Position numbers and translations under genes: made by a program. Of a stretch of 39,861 bases of DNA, positions 30,737-38,851 are shown piece by piece (the first letter of the stretch is position 1; every line of letters starts with the position of its first letter). Below the pieces are notes generated by a model. It was not told where the DNA came from, made no database searches, and saw only the letters and a list, made by a program, of their open reading frames with translations. Origin of the DNA: a virus; IMG/VR virus record IMGVR_UViG_3300048583_000181, positions 1 to 39,861 of that record, one strand, 5' to 3'.

Positions 30737-31750
30737 TTATTTCCCCGCAAACGCTGCGCCGACAGAACCAAGCCCGCCCATCAGCGCGTTCCATGGCCCC
30801 ATTTGGGCTTCGAATTGTTTCAGCTGCGCGTTATACTGGTCATTCGTTGCCGAGTAAACCGGCGCTGCCGCAACCGCCGCTGTCGAGCTCCCTTGGAAAT
30901 TCGGCATTTGCGTTTGGTTCCCCGTTCGCAAAGCATTGAGGGTGTTAAGTGGCTGGTCGCGGAAGAATGATTGTTCCTGGATGCCTTGCTGACGGGAGGT
31001 ATTTGCGAAGCTTCCAGCGTTGATGTCCATACCTTGACGCGCCTGTGCCGCCATGATTGCTTTCACAATCGCGTCGTTTTTGAAATTTCCTGCGTTGAGA
31101 TCCATACCCTGCAGCCGGGACTGCTCTTGCCCGCCAGCCAAAAACGCGCCGATTTCCGCGTCATTCCGGCCCTGGTTGAATTGCTGGTATTCGTTGTTGA
31201 ACGCCTCTCCACCAGCCCGCAGACCCTGATTGGCAAGAGTATTCCGCAAGCTATTCTCTCGCCGCTCCATTTCCGGCCGCATACGCTCTAACAGCGCTTG
31301 TGTTACCCGATCGCGGTCGGCGGAATAGTCATCTGCTCCGGTAATTGTCTGCTGAAACTCTGGAGCCGGCCCCTGCGCACCAGCAACCGTATTCACCCGC
31401 CCAGCAAGGCTGGAAGTGTCAAACGGCTTGTTTGCTGTATTTCCAACGTAATCAATCCCACCGATCGCAACGTCATTCAACGCGCTGGCAATTTGATTGT
31501 TCTGGTCATACAGCTTTTGCTGATCTGGTGAGAGTGTTGTTGTTGCTGTTTGCCGTGGAATGACCGTTCCGTCCGGCAGCGTATAACTCCCCGTGTCCTC
31601 ATACGAAATCGTCCCTTGCGGCGTGATCTGATTGATCCGCCCGAGAGTATTCGTCGCAATCGCAGAGTTGAGATTAGCCGTCCCTTGCTCGCGGGCTGCG
31701 CCGGCGTAATCAGGAGCTTCAGGTGCTTTGGGTTTTCCCACTTGAGTCAA
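30737..31750 (-). CDS. Internal virion protein candidate (337 aa)
   Basis: Assigned from position and Q/N/G-rich composition only. Confidence 0.35.
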   Translation of the reverse strand: MTQVGKPKAPEAPDYAGAAREQGTANLNSAIATNTLGRINQITPQGTISYEDTGSYTLPDGTVIPRQTATTTLSPDQQKLYDQNNQIASALNDVAIGGIDYVGNTANKPFDTSSLAGRVNTVAGAQGPAPEFQQTITGADDYSADRDRVTQALLERMRPEMERRENSLRNTLANQGLRAGGEAFNNEYQQFNQGRNDAEIGAFLAGGQEQSRLQGMDLNAGNFKNDAIVKAIMAAQARQGMDINAGSFANTSRQQGIQEQSFFRDQPLNTLNALRTGNQTQMPNFQGSSTAAVAAAPVYSATNDQYNAQLKQFEAQMGPWNALMGGLGSVGAAFAGK

Positions 31751-32168
31751 TCCTCTTCAAATCCAGCCACCGGCATTTTTCCCTGCCCATCCGATAGAGC
31801 AGCAAATCCCCGCCGGGGGAACAGTCTTTGAGGGTCGCCTCAATATTAAAGCCGATGTGTTCAATAAACCGTCGGCAAGCTAGGTTGGTCGACTCGACCG
31901 GGGAAATAATTACCTTCGCACCTAGCTGAACGAAGGGATAATAGAATGAAAACCAAAGAAACTCTTTATTCAGCCAGCGCTTTCCGTCTCCGGCACAGTG
32001 CATCATAATCGACACACCGTTAAAAGCCTCAAACCCCGAAACCGCAACAATCTGCTCGCCGTCCCAAAGTCCAATATACTTCATTTTCCCGGAAACATAC
32101 TCTCCATCTGTTCGAGTTGCCAACCAAACACCAAGTAATTTCTGGCAATCGGTAACAACAACCTTCAC
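31719..32168 (-). CDS. GNAT-family N-acetyltransferase-like protein (149 aa)
   Basis: GTGA overlap start at 32168. Core: IVAVSGFEAF...MHCAGDGKRWL...AKVIISPVESTNLACRRFIEHIGFNIEATLKD...LLLYRMGRE, with the xN..A..F.E..GF pattern of GNAT motifs A/B. Confidence 0.5.
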   Translation of the reverse strand: MKVVVTDCQKLLGVWLATRTDGEYVSGKMKYIGLWDGEQIVAVSGFEAFNGVSIMMHCAGDGKRWLNKEFLWFSFYYPFVQLGAKVIISPVESTNLACRRFIEHIGFNIEATLKDCSPGGDLLLYRMGREKCRWLDLKRIDSSGKTQST

Positions 32169-33742
32169 AAAATTCCGCCAGCTTTCACAACAAAATCTGT
32201 TGATGCCCATGTGAAAATAGCACTGCTGGTCTGCACGCGCAAGCGCAAAGATTGAAAGTAGCCGGGTTCGTTGTTGGCGTGCAGCCACAAGGATTGATAC
32301 TGCTCTGGAGCACCTGACCAGACAGACACATCCCAAGTTCCGGTATCCCACAGTGCACTATTCGCGGTGCCGATGGTGACTTCGCTGAAGATCGGTGCGG
32401 TCTGGAAGTCGGTGTTGAAGCGAACATTCAGCGCGACTTGCCCGTTCAGCCCAATGTTTGGACGGACGAGCTCAATTTTCTTATTCCCATTCACCCCGAA
32501 TTTGTTGAAAGCAGCTTGCACTTCCGCGGAGATCGCTAAACCGCTGTCACTCGTTCCAACCCAAGCCTGGCAAACCTTCCCCGCAGTTCCGAAGAACAAC
32601 TTATTGTTGAAAATCTCCCAACAATTCGCGTTCCAGTTCAAAAATCGAGTCCAGGCTTTTGTAATCGTATTCATGCAATATTGATATTGAAGAGTGTTGG
32701 TGGTGACCGGGATATTCAGCAGTAGCGCATTTTCCGTCGGATAGACAATTCCTTGCCAGCCAAAATTATTCCCATACAGCGCAGCCGACTCGGAAATCAC
32801 CTTCTGGATTTTCTGGCTCAGCGCACGATCTCGCCCGATGATTGCAGACTGCAAAATCTTCGAAAATTCCACAACACCGGACTGGCTCATGTAAATCAGA
32901 TCGCCACCATACTTGACAAAGCACTTCGGTCCGACCGGAGCGCCGAGAAAATACGTGCCGACAAGCTCCCAATTCGCCGCTACCGCCGGATCAGTCCCGC
33001 GGTAGACCGCCGCTTCCCCTTCCGAAGTCACTGTTACTTGATAATCATCTGACCCATTTCCGCCGTCGATTGTCCAACTGGCTTGAGCCATCAGATAGCC
33101 ACCAAGTCGGAAAATCCCGCCCATTGGGAAAGTAATAAGCGCTCCGCCGATCGCGTCGGTTGCCAAATAGTAAGCATTAAGTGAGTTTTTCCGCAGGAAC
33201 CAAACCCGGCGCTTGTGTTGGCTGACGAACGAAAGTTCTGTTGTTGCAACTCCGGTAATCGCGGGAGTGCTAGTGCCATCAATGTTTGTCCAGGTCGCTC
33301 CATCATACAGTTTAAGCTTATCAACCCCATTTACTGCGATCAGATACGACCCGCCGGTATTGGTGAAGTTGATATACTCAAACCGAGCGTTGGTGATTGT
33401 GCTGGCCGATGCGCCAACTGCACCTGGCGAAGTGGCGTTGTAAATTCCCGTTCCTGCCGCTGCCCAAAGCGAACGGGTCAGGCCGTTATAGGCCATTAAA
33501 CTTTCAACATTCCCGGTAATTGCTGTCGCGTGATCAGCGCTGCCTTTCCGAATTTCCAGCTGTTCCGTGCTTGGCCAGAAATTGTCAATCACCACGCAGT
33601 CCAGCGGAGGCATGGCGGCAAGTGCTGCTGTTGTATTCCAGCCGCCGATCGGGGCTGCAAGTGTCGTGACTTCCGAAGTCGCTTCATCTCGCGGGGAAAA
33701 TACTTCCCCGCGACGCTTCGGATTTCCCAAAGTCCTGCCCAT
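32165..33742 (-). CDS. Tail tubular (nozzle) protein B-like candidate (525 aa)
   Basis: TGATG overlap with the upstream gene. Assigned from its size and position after an adaptor-like gene. Confidence 0.4.
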   Translation of the reverse strand: MGRTLGNPKRRGEVFSPRDEATSEVTTLAAPIGGWNTTAALAAMPPLDCVVIDNFWPSTEQLEIRKGSADHATAITGNVESLMAYNGLTRSLWAAAGTGIYNATSPGAVGASASTITNARFEYINFTNTGGSYLIAVNGVDKLKLYDGATWTNIDGTSTPAITGVATTELSFVSQHKRRVWFLRKNSLNAYYLATDAIGGALITFPMGGIFRLGGYLMAQASWTIDGGNGSDDYQVTVTSEGEAAVYRGTDPAVAANWELVGTYFLGAPVGPKCFVKYGGDLIYMSQSGVVEFSKILQSAIIGRDRALSQKIQKVISESAALYGNNFGWQGIVYPTENALLLNIPVTTNTLQYQYCMNTITKAWTRFLNWNANCWEIFNNKLFFGTAGKVCQAWVGTSDSGLAISAEVQAAFNKFGVNGNKKIELVRPNIGLNGQVALNVRFNTDFQTAPIFSEVTIGTANSALWDTGTWDVSVWSGAPEQYQSLWLHANNEPGYFQSLRLRVQTSSAIFTWASTDFVVKAGGIL

Positions 33743-34455
33743 CAGACATTCCAATTACCAGAGGGAACCCAAATACCGGGGCGGATATTAAAGTCATTTC
33801 CGGTGCCGAGGCTCATCACTCGACGAGGCTTGCTATTGGAAATGATGTTGTTCAGCTGCCCGCGGTAGGCAGTTTCATCGGCCTGATACGGCAGGCCTTT
33901 GATCTGCTTCCAGCGATACGACAACCCGCGCTGCATTAACGCTTCCGGCAGCACCGGCACATCATCATCAGCGGTGAAGTATTGCTTCGTCGTTCCCGCC
34001 GCTGCCCGCACACCATGGCTGCTGGCATATTCAAACGCGATCAGAGAAAGCGGAGCGGCAGGCACTGGATTGATCAAAAACCGATCGCCGCGCACACGAA
34101 ACTTATAAAACGGCCCTGGATTGGGGATGGCTTTCAACGCTTGCCATTCGTCATCTTCGACCGGGCCAAACAGCGGGCGGCGAAGAGTGCGGTCGAAAAA
34201 TGTCTGGTTGTGGAAAAACAAGAAGCCATCCGGCGCGAGGTCGGTGACAGCTCCTTGATCTTCCTGCGCGATGCAAGTCCAAAGCGCTTCTTTCGTGAAC
34301 GCTTGATACTTGCTATCCTGCAAAATCTCATCCAGCAGCTCGTTCAAAATACCCAAATACTGGAGCACAGTCTGATCTTGACTGCTCACGACAATATTCG
34401 GCTGGGTCATGCCGTTGACGAGGCAAAACCTTTGAACGAGCGTCAGGAGAGACAT
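33742..34455 (-). CDS. Tail tubular or adaptor protein A-like candidate (237 aa)
   Basis: Assigned from position and size only. Confidence 0.4.
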   Translation of the reverse strand: MSLLTLVQRFCLVNGMTQPNIVVSSQDQTVLQYLGILNELLDEILQDSKYQAFTKEALWTCIAQEDQGAVTDLAPDGFLFFHNQTFFDRTLRRPLFGPVEDDEWQALKAIPNPGPFYKFRVRGDRFLINPVPAAPLSLIAFEYASSHGVRAAAGTTKQYFTADDDVPVLPEALMQRGLSYRWKQIKGLPYQADETAYRGQLNNIISNSKPRRVMSLGTGNDFNIRPGIWVPSGNWNV

Positions 34456-35046
34456 TTACTTTCCTTTTTGCAAATCCAAGACGGCCTTTTCCAGCGTCTT
34501 GAGCTTTTCCTGCTGCTCGGCGACTTGGGCCTTGAGCGTTTCGTTTTCCGTGCGGAGGGCGGAAGTGACTTCCGAAACCTGCCCGACATTTGCCGCGGCT
34601 TCGATGTAGTCCTTCGCCCGCTGGATCAGTGCCCGCGCGCCCATGCCGATCATCATGATGGCGCTTTCATTGGCATTGGCCAAATCTTCCACCGTGAGGA
34701 TATTTGCCTCGGTGATGGCCTTGACCTGCGATGGCGACAGCACCGGCCAGGTGCGGATCGGCGTGCCGTTTTCGGGGATGGACTGACCTTTCTGCCAATC
34801 GGCATAAATGCCTTCATAGGCGCGGAGCCACTCGGCAGGAAAGCGGCCCTCATTGACCTGCTGGCGGAGATACGGGAACCATTCGGAGACAACCCGCTCG
34901 ATCTTATCTTTCGACCCCTGCGGGGTGATGATGGCATAGTCAAGGTCTTTTGCCACATACTTCCCTTCGGCAATCGAAGCATCACGATCTTCGATTGCGC
35001 GGGTTTCGAAGGTGACGTAGGCGGGGCGGTCGGCAGCGGCTTGCAT
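34456..35046 (-). CDS. Hypothetical virion-module protein with a C-terminal coiled coil (196 aa)
   Basis: I moved the start to the ATG at 35046 (MQAAADRPAY) after AAAGGAAA. The track start lies inside the 35078..35109 hairpin region. Confidence 0.65.
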   Translation of the reverse strand: MQAAADRPAYVTFETRAIEDRDASIAEGKYVAKDLDYAIITPQGSKDKIERVVSEWFPYLRQQVNEGRFPAEWLRAYEGIYADWQKGQSIPENGTPIRTWPVLSPSQVKAITEANILTVEDLANANESAIMMIGMGARALIQRAKDYIEAAANVGQVSEVTSALRTENETLKAQVAEQQEKLKTLEKAVLDLQKGK

Positions 35047-35077
35047 TGGTGGGTTTCCTTTACTGTTGCGGAGAAAA

Positions 35078-35109
35078 CCCGCGGGGATATTTTTCGGTAT
35101 CCCCGCGGG
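35078..35109. promoter_or_regulatory. Perfect 12-bp inverted repeat CCCGCGGGGATA / TATCCCCGCGGG
   Basis: The arms are at 35078..35089 and 35098..35109, with loop TTTTTCGG. It is intergenic within the late operon. The flanking GCAATCA word is shared with 12920. Confidence 0.7.
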
Positions 35110-35116
35110 CAATCAG

Positions 35117-35287
35117 TTATTCAGCCGACGCTTCCTCATCCGGCTGTTCGACTTCCAGCTCACCCCGATCGGCGGCCAGAACCCGTTCGACGTAAGCATC
35201 CGGTTCGGGATGCCCATTGGCAACCGCGATTGCGCGCAGCAGCCGGGTGTCGAGATCAGGCTTTGTTTCAGTCGGCTTGAGTGCCAT
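35117..35287 (-). CDS. Hypothetical small acidic protein (56 aa)
   Basis: Manual translation: MALKPTETKPDLDTRLLRAIAVANGHPEPDAYVERVLAADRGELEVEQPDEEASAE. GGAGAAG RBS. Confidence 0.55.
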   Translation of the reverse strand: MALKPTETKPDLDTRLLRAIAVANGHPEPDAYVERVLAADRGELEVEQPDEEASAE

Positions 35288-35299
35288 TGTAACTTCTCC

Positions 35300-36031
35300 T
35301 TACGTGATGGCGCCCTGCGCAAAGGGCCGGTTGAGGTGGGCGACGTTGAAAAACACCGTGCCGTTGTTGTAAGTCGCAGTGACCGACCCATTGACCGCGG
35401 CAGTGGTGTTGGCTGACAGTGTGACGACACGACCGCTGGGGTTGATGTCCGTTACGACAGTCGCCACAGCAATACCAGTGCCCGACAAAAACGCGCCGAT
35501 GAACCAGCCGTCCGAGTTGGGGACAAGCAGCTGATTGCTGGCGGCATTGGCGGTGCAATTGGCCTTGACCACCGTGGTCGTGGCCGGAGCCATGATGCGG
35601 GCGTTCAAGATCTGCTTGCCGGCCGAGTTGGCGCCGATCTGACCAGCCCCGGTGATGCCGAAGGTTGTGTCAGCGGCAACCGAAGCCGTCGAACGAACCG
35701 GGCAAAGACCGCCGACCTGAACCCAGAAGAACTGACCAGCAGCTGCTGAAGTGCAGGCAACGCCGACCGTTCGGCCGAGGTTTGCGGTATTGGGGACTTC
35801 CGTTGCGTTGTAACGGTAAGTATTGATATCGAACACCGGCGTCAGCACAACCAGCGCGCCCATGTTGATGGTACCGTTGGCGCGGCAGTAGATAAACTCG
35901 CCAGCGCCCCACCAGTTATCCACCGCCGCAAGCAGCATCCCCGACTGCATCCGAGCAACGTTATCCGGCAGGCCGTAAAACGCGATCTGCTGTGTGCCGA
36001 CAATCTGGTCGACAGGTGCGAAATTTGGCAT
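35300..36031 (-). CDS. Capsid-associated (decoration-like) protein candidate (243 aa)
   Basis: Lies immediately downstream of the major capsid gene. G/A/T-rich, beta-type composition. Confidence 0.4.
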   Translation of the reverse strand: MPNFAPVDQIVGTQQIAFYGLPDNVARMQSGMLLAAVDNWWGAGEFIYCRANGTINMGALVVLTPVFDINTYRYNATEVPNTANLGRTVGVACTSAAAGQFFWVQVGGLCPVRSTASVAADTTFGITGAGQIGANSAGKQILNARIMAPATTTVVKANCTANAASNQLLVPNSDGWFIGAFLSGTGIAVATVVTDINPSGRVVTLSANTTAAVNGSVTATYNNGTVFFNVAHLNRPFAQGAIT

Positions 36032-36054
36032 CGAACTTACTCCTTTCCGGCCGA

Positions 36055-37029
36055 TTAGGCCTTTGCCACGGCCTGAAGCCGGCGATTGCTGGTGACCATG
36101 TTGCCCATCCAGAGGATGGGAATGACCGTCGCATCCTGATTGTAGGGCTTCATATCTTCCTGGACGGTCAGGTCGGCATCACGATGGACGACCAACTCGA
36201 TATAATCCGTGTTCAGGAAATACATATGCGCCGCCGGAATACCGCTGCCACCGTCGAACATGACATCGGCAGTTTTGTATTTCAGCGACGTGAAACCGCC
36301 CTTGGCTTCGCCAGCGGTCGTGTAGCGCTTGATCGAAACCTGGCTGGTTTCGTAGAACGAGAACCAGTCGTTCGACGAGATAATCAGATCCGGCTTATCG
36401 TCGCCACGAACCTGGTTGAGCCACAGCGGCAGCATGATCGAGTTTTCGATCGTGGTTGCCGAAACGGTAACTGCGCCGCCTCCCTGGATGGGGGCTGCCG
36501 CTGACTGCACGGCGTTCTGCCAGAAAGGCCAAGCCGAAGAGTCGATGCCACCGATCGTGCCGGTGCCGTTGTCGGCCACCAGTGCCTGCAGCCCGCCGAT
36601 CTGATTGGGCAGCGTGCCATCGCCGTAGAGGTCGAATGAGAAGTTGTTCTTGAACGTGCGCATCGCGTTCTTGATGCGAGCCTTGGCCAGCGAGACGATC
36701 TTGTTGTCGCCGGAGTTGACACGCATTTCCAAGCCCGAAGCGACGACATTCAGGGCGATCTGACGCCACTGAAATTCGACCGCCGTGATGACATCGGACT
36801 GCGAGATGTTCAGCACATCATAACCCGAGTAGCGCTGATACGTGCCGTTTTCGGCGTAGTCCAGCGGCTGGGTGATGGTGAGACCGCCATCTTCCTTCCG
36901 TGTCTGGCCCTTCTCGACCATGCGGGCGTAAAGCGCGTTGTTGCGCGATACGTTGTCCTTGACATCCTTGGCGTGGTTGCGCCAGGTGGTGGAGACGAGC
37001 TCCGTGAAAATTGAACTTGGGGTTGCCAC
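36055..37029 (-). CDS. Major capsid protein (324 aa)
   Basis: Follows the scaffold-like gene and has a GGAGAAG RBS. Its size is typical of HK97-fold capsid proteins. Confidence 0.75.
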   Translation of the reverse strand: MATPSSIFTELVSTTWRNHAKDVKDNVSRNNALYARMVEKGQTRKEDGGLTITQPLDYAENGTYQRYSGYDVLNISQSDVITAVEFQWRQIALNVVASGLEMRVNSGDNKIVSLAKARIKNAMRTFKNNFSFDLYGDGTLPNQIGGLQALVADNGTGTIGGIDSSAWPFWQNAVQSAAAPIQGGGAVTVSATTIENSIMLPLWLNQVRGDDKPDLIISSNDWFSFYETSQVSIKRYTTAGEAKGGFTSLKYKTADVMFDGGSGIPAAHMYFLNTDYIELVVHRDADLTVQEDMKPYNQDATVIPILWMGNMVTSNRRLQAVAKA

Positions 37030-37045
37030 TTTCTTCTCCTATTGG

Positions 37046-38068
37046 TCAGCTCGCTGCGCGCAGTCGAGCCATGGTTTCATTGAGAGTGTCGTCAATGCTT
37101 CCAACAGGGGTCGTTCCACCCGCTGATTTCATGCTTGTGCGGACGTTGACGGCAGACGCCGCTTTGGCAGCTTGCAGTTTTGCTGCGTTAGCCTGGGCGA
37201 TTTTCTCAGCCGCTTCCGTTTGTCGACGGGTCAGCTCCAGTTCTCGCGTCTCAGGGTTCAGCATGACTGCTTGCTGGTAGGCATCGGCAAGGTCTTTCGC
37301 AATCCCGCTCTGTAGGAGGCTTGGGATTAGGTGAGAGACTTTGTCGAAGTGAGGATTTGCTGGGTCGGAGGCGAATTCGGTGATCTGGCGGCCGATGGCC
37401 TCGCGGGCAGAGTTTGCTTCCCGCGCCGCGAGCATTTCGCGTTCGCGCTTCAACTCGGCCAATTCGTCCTGAACCGATTTAAGCGCCGGGTCGATATAGG
37501 GAGCGGGGGAAAATTGATCTGCCACTTCGTCCGGGTCGATGCCATACCCCTGCATCAAATTCTTGACGATTGAGATTTTCTGCTCTTTCGTCCCACGGGC
37601 AAGGGTGTAATGATTGGCGGCGAAGGCTTTGAACAGCTCAACCGGGTTGATGTTTTCTGCCGCCAACGCCGCGCGATACGGCTCGACAACCGAATCATAG
37701 GCTTTGCCGATTGCAGCACTCTCCTTATACTGCTCGATCCCCTTGAAAAAATCCTGCTCCCGCTTGTGGATTTCCGCTTTGACCTTTGGCGGAATTGTCG
37801 CCCATTCGGCAATGGCTTCCTTTGTCCAGGTTTTCGGCGGCTCGTCGTTTGGAGCTGCCGGCGTGTTTTCCGCGACTGTCTCCGCAGCAGCCTCGCTTTC
37901 ACCTTCCGGCAGCTCCACCGCCGACTCGGCTTCATCATCGGCTGTTTCCAGAGCGGGAGCAGCTTCACCTTTCCCCGCACCACCAAACAGATCGAGAGAA
38001 ACTGCTTCCACACCAGCGTCGATGTCGAAGTCAAAGTCGTCGGTATTCTTATCTTCAATCTCGGCCAT
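37046..38068 (-). CDS. Scaffolding protein (340 aa)
   Basis: Very acidic N-terminus (MAEIEDKNTDDFDFDIDAG) and long helical, coiled-coil A/E/K-rich segments. It lies between the portal and capsid genes. Confidence 0.7.
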   Translation of the reverse strand: MAEIEDKNTDDFDFDIDAGVEAVSLDLFGGAGKGEAAPALETADDEAESAVELPEGESEAAAETVAENTPAAPNDEPPKTWTKEAIAEWATIPPKVKAEIHKREQDFFKGIEQYKESAAIGKAYDSVVEPYRAALAAENINPVELFKAFAANHYTLARGTKEQKISIVKNLMQGYGIDPDEVADQFSPAPYIDPALKSVQDELAELKREREMLAAREANSAREAIGRQITEFASDPANPHFDKVSHLIPSLLQSGIAKDLADAYQQAVMLNPETRELELTRRQTEAAEKIAQANAAKLQAAKAASAVNVRTSMKSAGGTTPVGSIDDTLNETMARLRAAS

Positions 38069-38073
38069 ATTGA

Positions 38074-38484
38074 TTACCTTCTTTCCACGGAGACATCGAG
38101 ACCGGAAAGTAGCTCATTTGCAAGCTTTTCTTTCTTGTCCGACGGGAGGGCTTCGTATTGCTTTTCGACAGTCGTCTCGATTTGGCGGTCGAAATCTGCT
38201 TCAAGCTTTTCTCGGTATTTGTGCGCCGCTTCTGTCTCACCCGGTTCAAGAAGGCGGGAGTCGGTGCGCTTGAGGTTCTCCTCGTGTTGCCTGCGTCCGG
38301 AAATCCATTTTCCTGTTACCGGGCAGTTATACCCCGCGTAGTCAACGGAAATCCTGGTTGCAGTAATGACACGATCGGCCATCGCCCCGCAAGCACAATC
38401 TTGCGGCTTAGCACTATCGGCCATCGGGGCAAAACGATCGAAAATAAATCCGCTGCTTAAGCACTTATATGAGTAGAGCGGCAT
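38074..38484 (-). CDS. Zinc-ribbon-like protein (FmdB-type N-terminus), 136 aa
   Basis: Begins MPLYSYKC...DCACG. Confidence 0.5.
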   Translation of the reverse strand: MPLYSYKCLSSGFIFDRFAPMADSAKPQDCACGAMADRVITATRISVDYAGYNCPVTGKWISGRRQHEENLKRTDSRLLEPGETEAAHKYREKLEADFDRQIETTVEKQYEALPSDKKEKLANELLSGLDVSVERR

Positions 38485-38851
38485 CGCGGTTCCTTTTCTT
38501 CAGCAGCTTTTTTGCAGCTCTGCGTTCGAGTTTTCTAACTATAAAAGCGGGATCATTTTTCCAGCCCGGATGCCTTTCAGCGCGATCGCGCATATTGTCA
38601 GCTTGCGTTCCCCAGTAAAGATGTTTCGGGTTGACGCAAGATTTATTATCGCATTTATGAAGTATAAATAAGCCACCTTGACGCAATTCCCCCTGCAAAA
38701 GAAGCATAAACTCCGTCGCTATCCAATAACGACCCTCAAACCAAAATTGACCATAACCACTTACTTGCGTGCCGCCTACCCAAGGCCAGCATTCTTCTGA
38801 GGAGCCTTTTTGAACTTTTGCCCAAAATCTAACTACATCACGCTGTAACAT
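38465..38851 (-). mobile_element. Free-standing HNH endonuclease gene between the portal and head-assembly genes
   Basis: Contains CWPWVGGTQVSGYGQFW...HKCDNKSCVNPKHLYWGTQADNMRD (an HNH_3-type signature). TGATG overlap with the portal stop. Confidence 0.8.
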
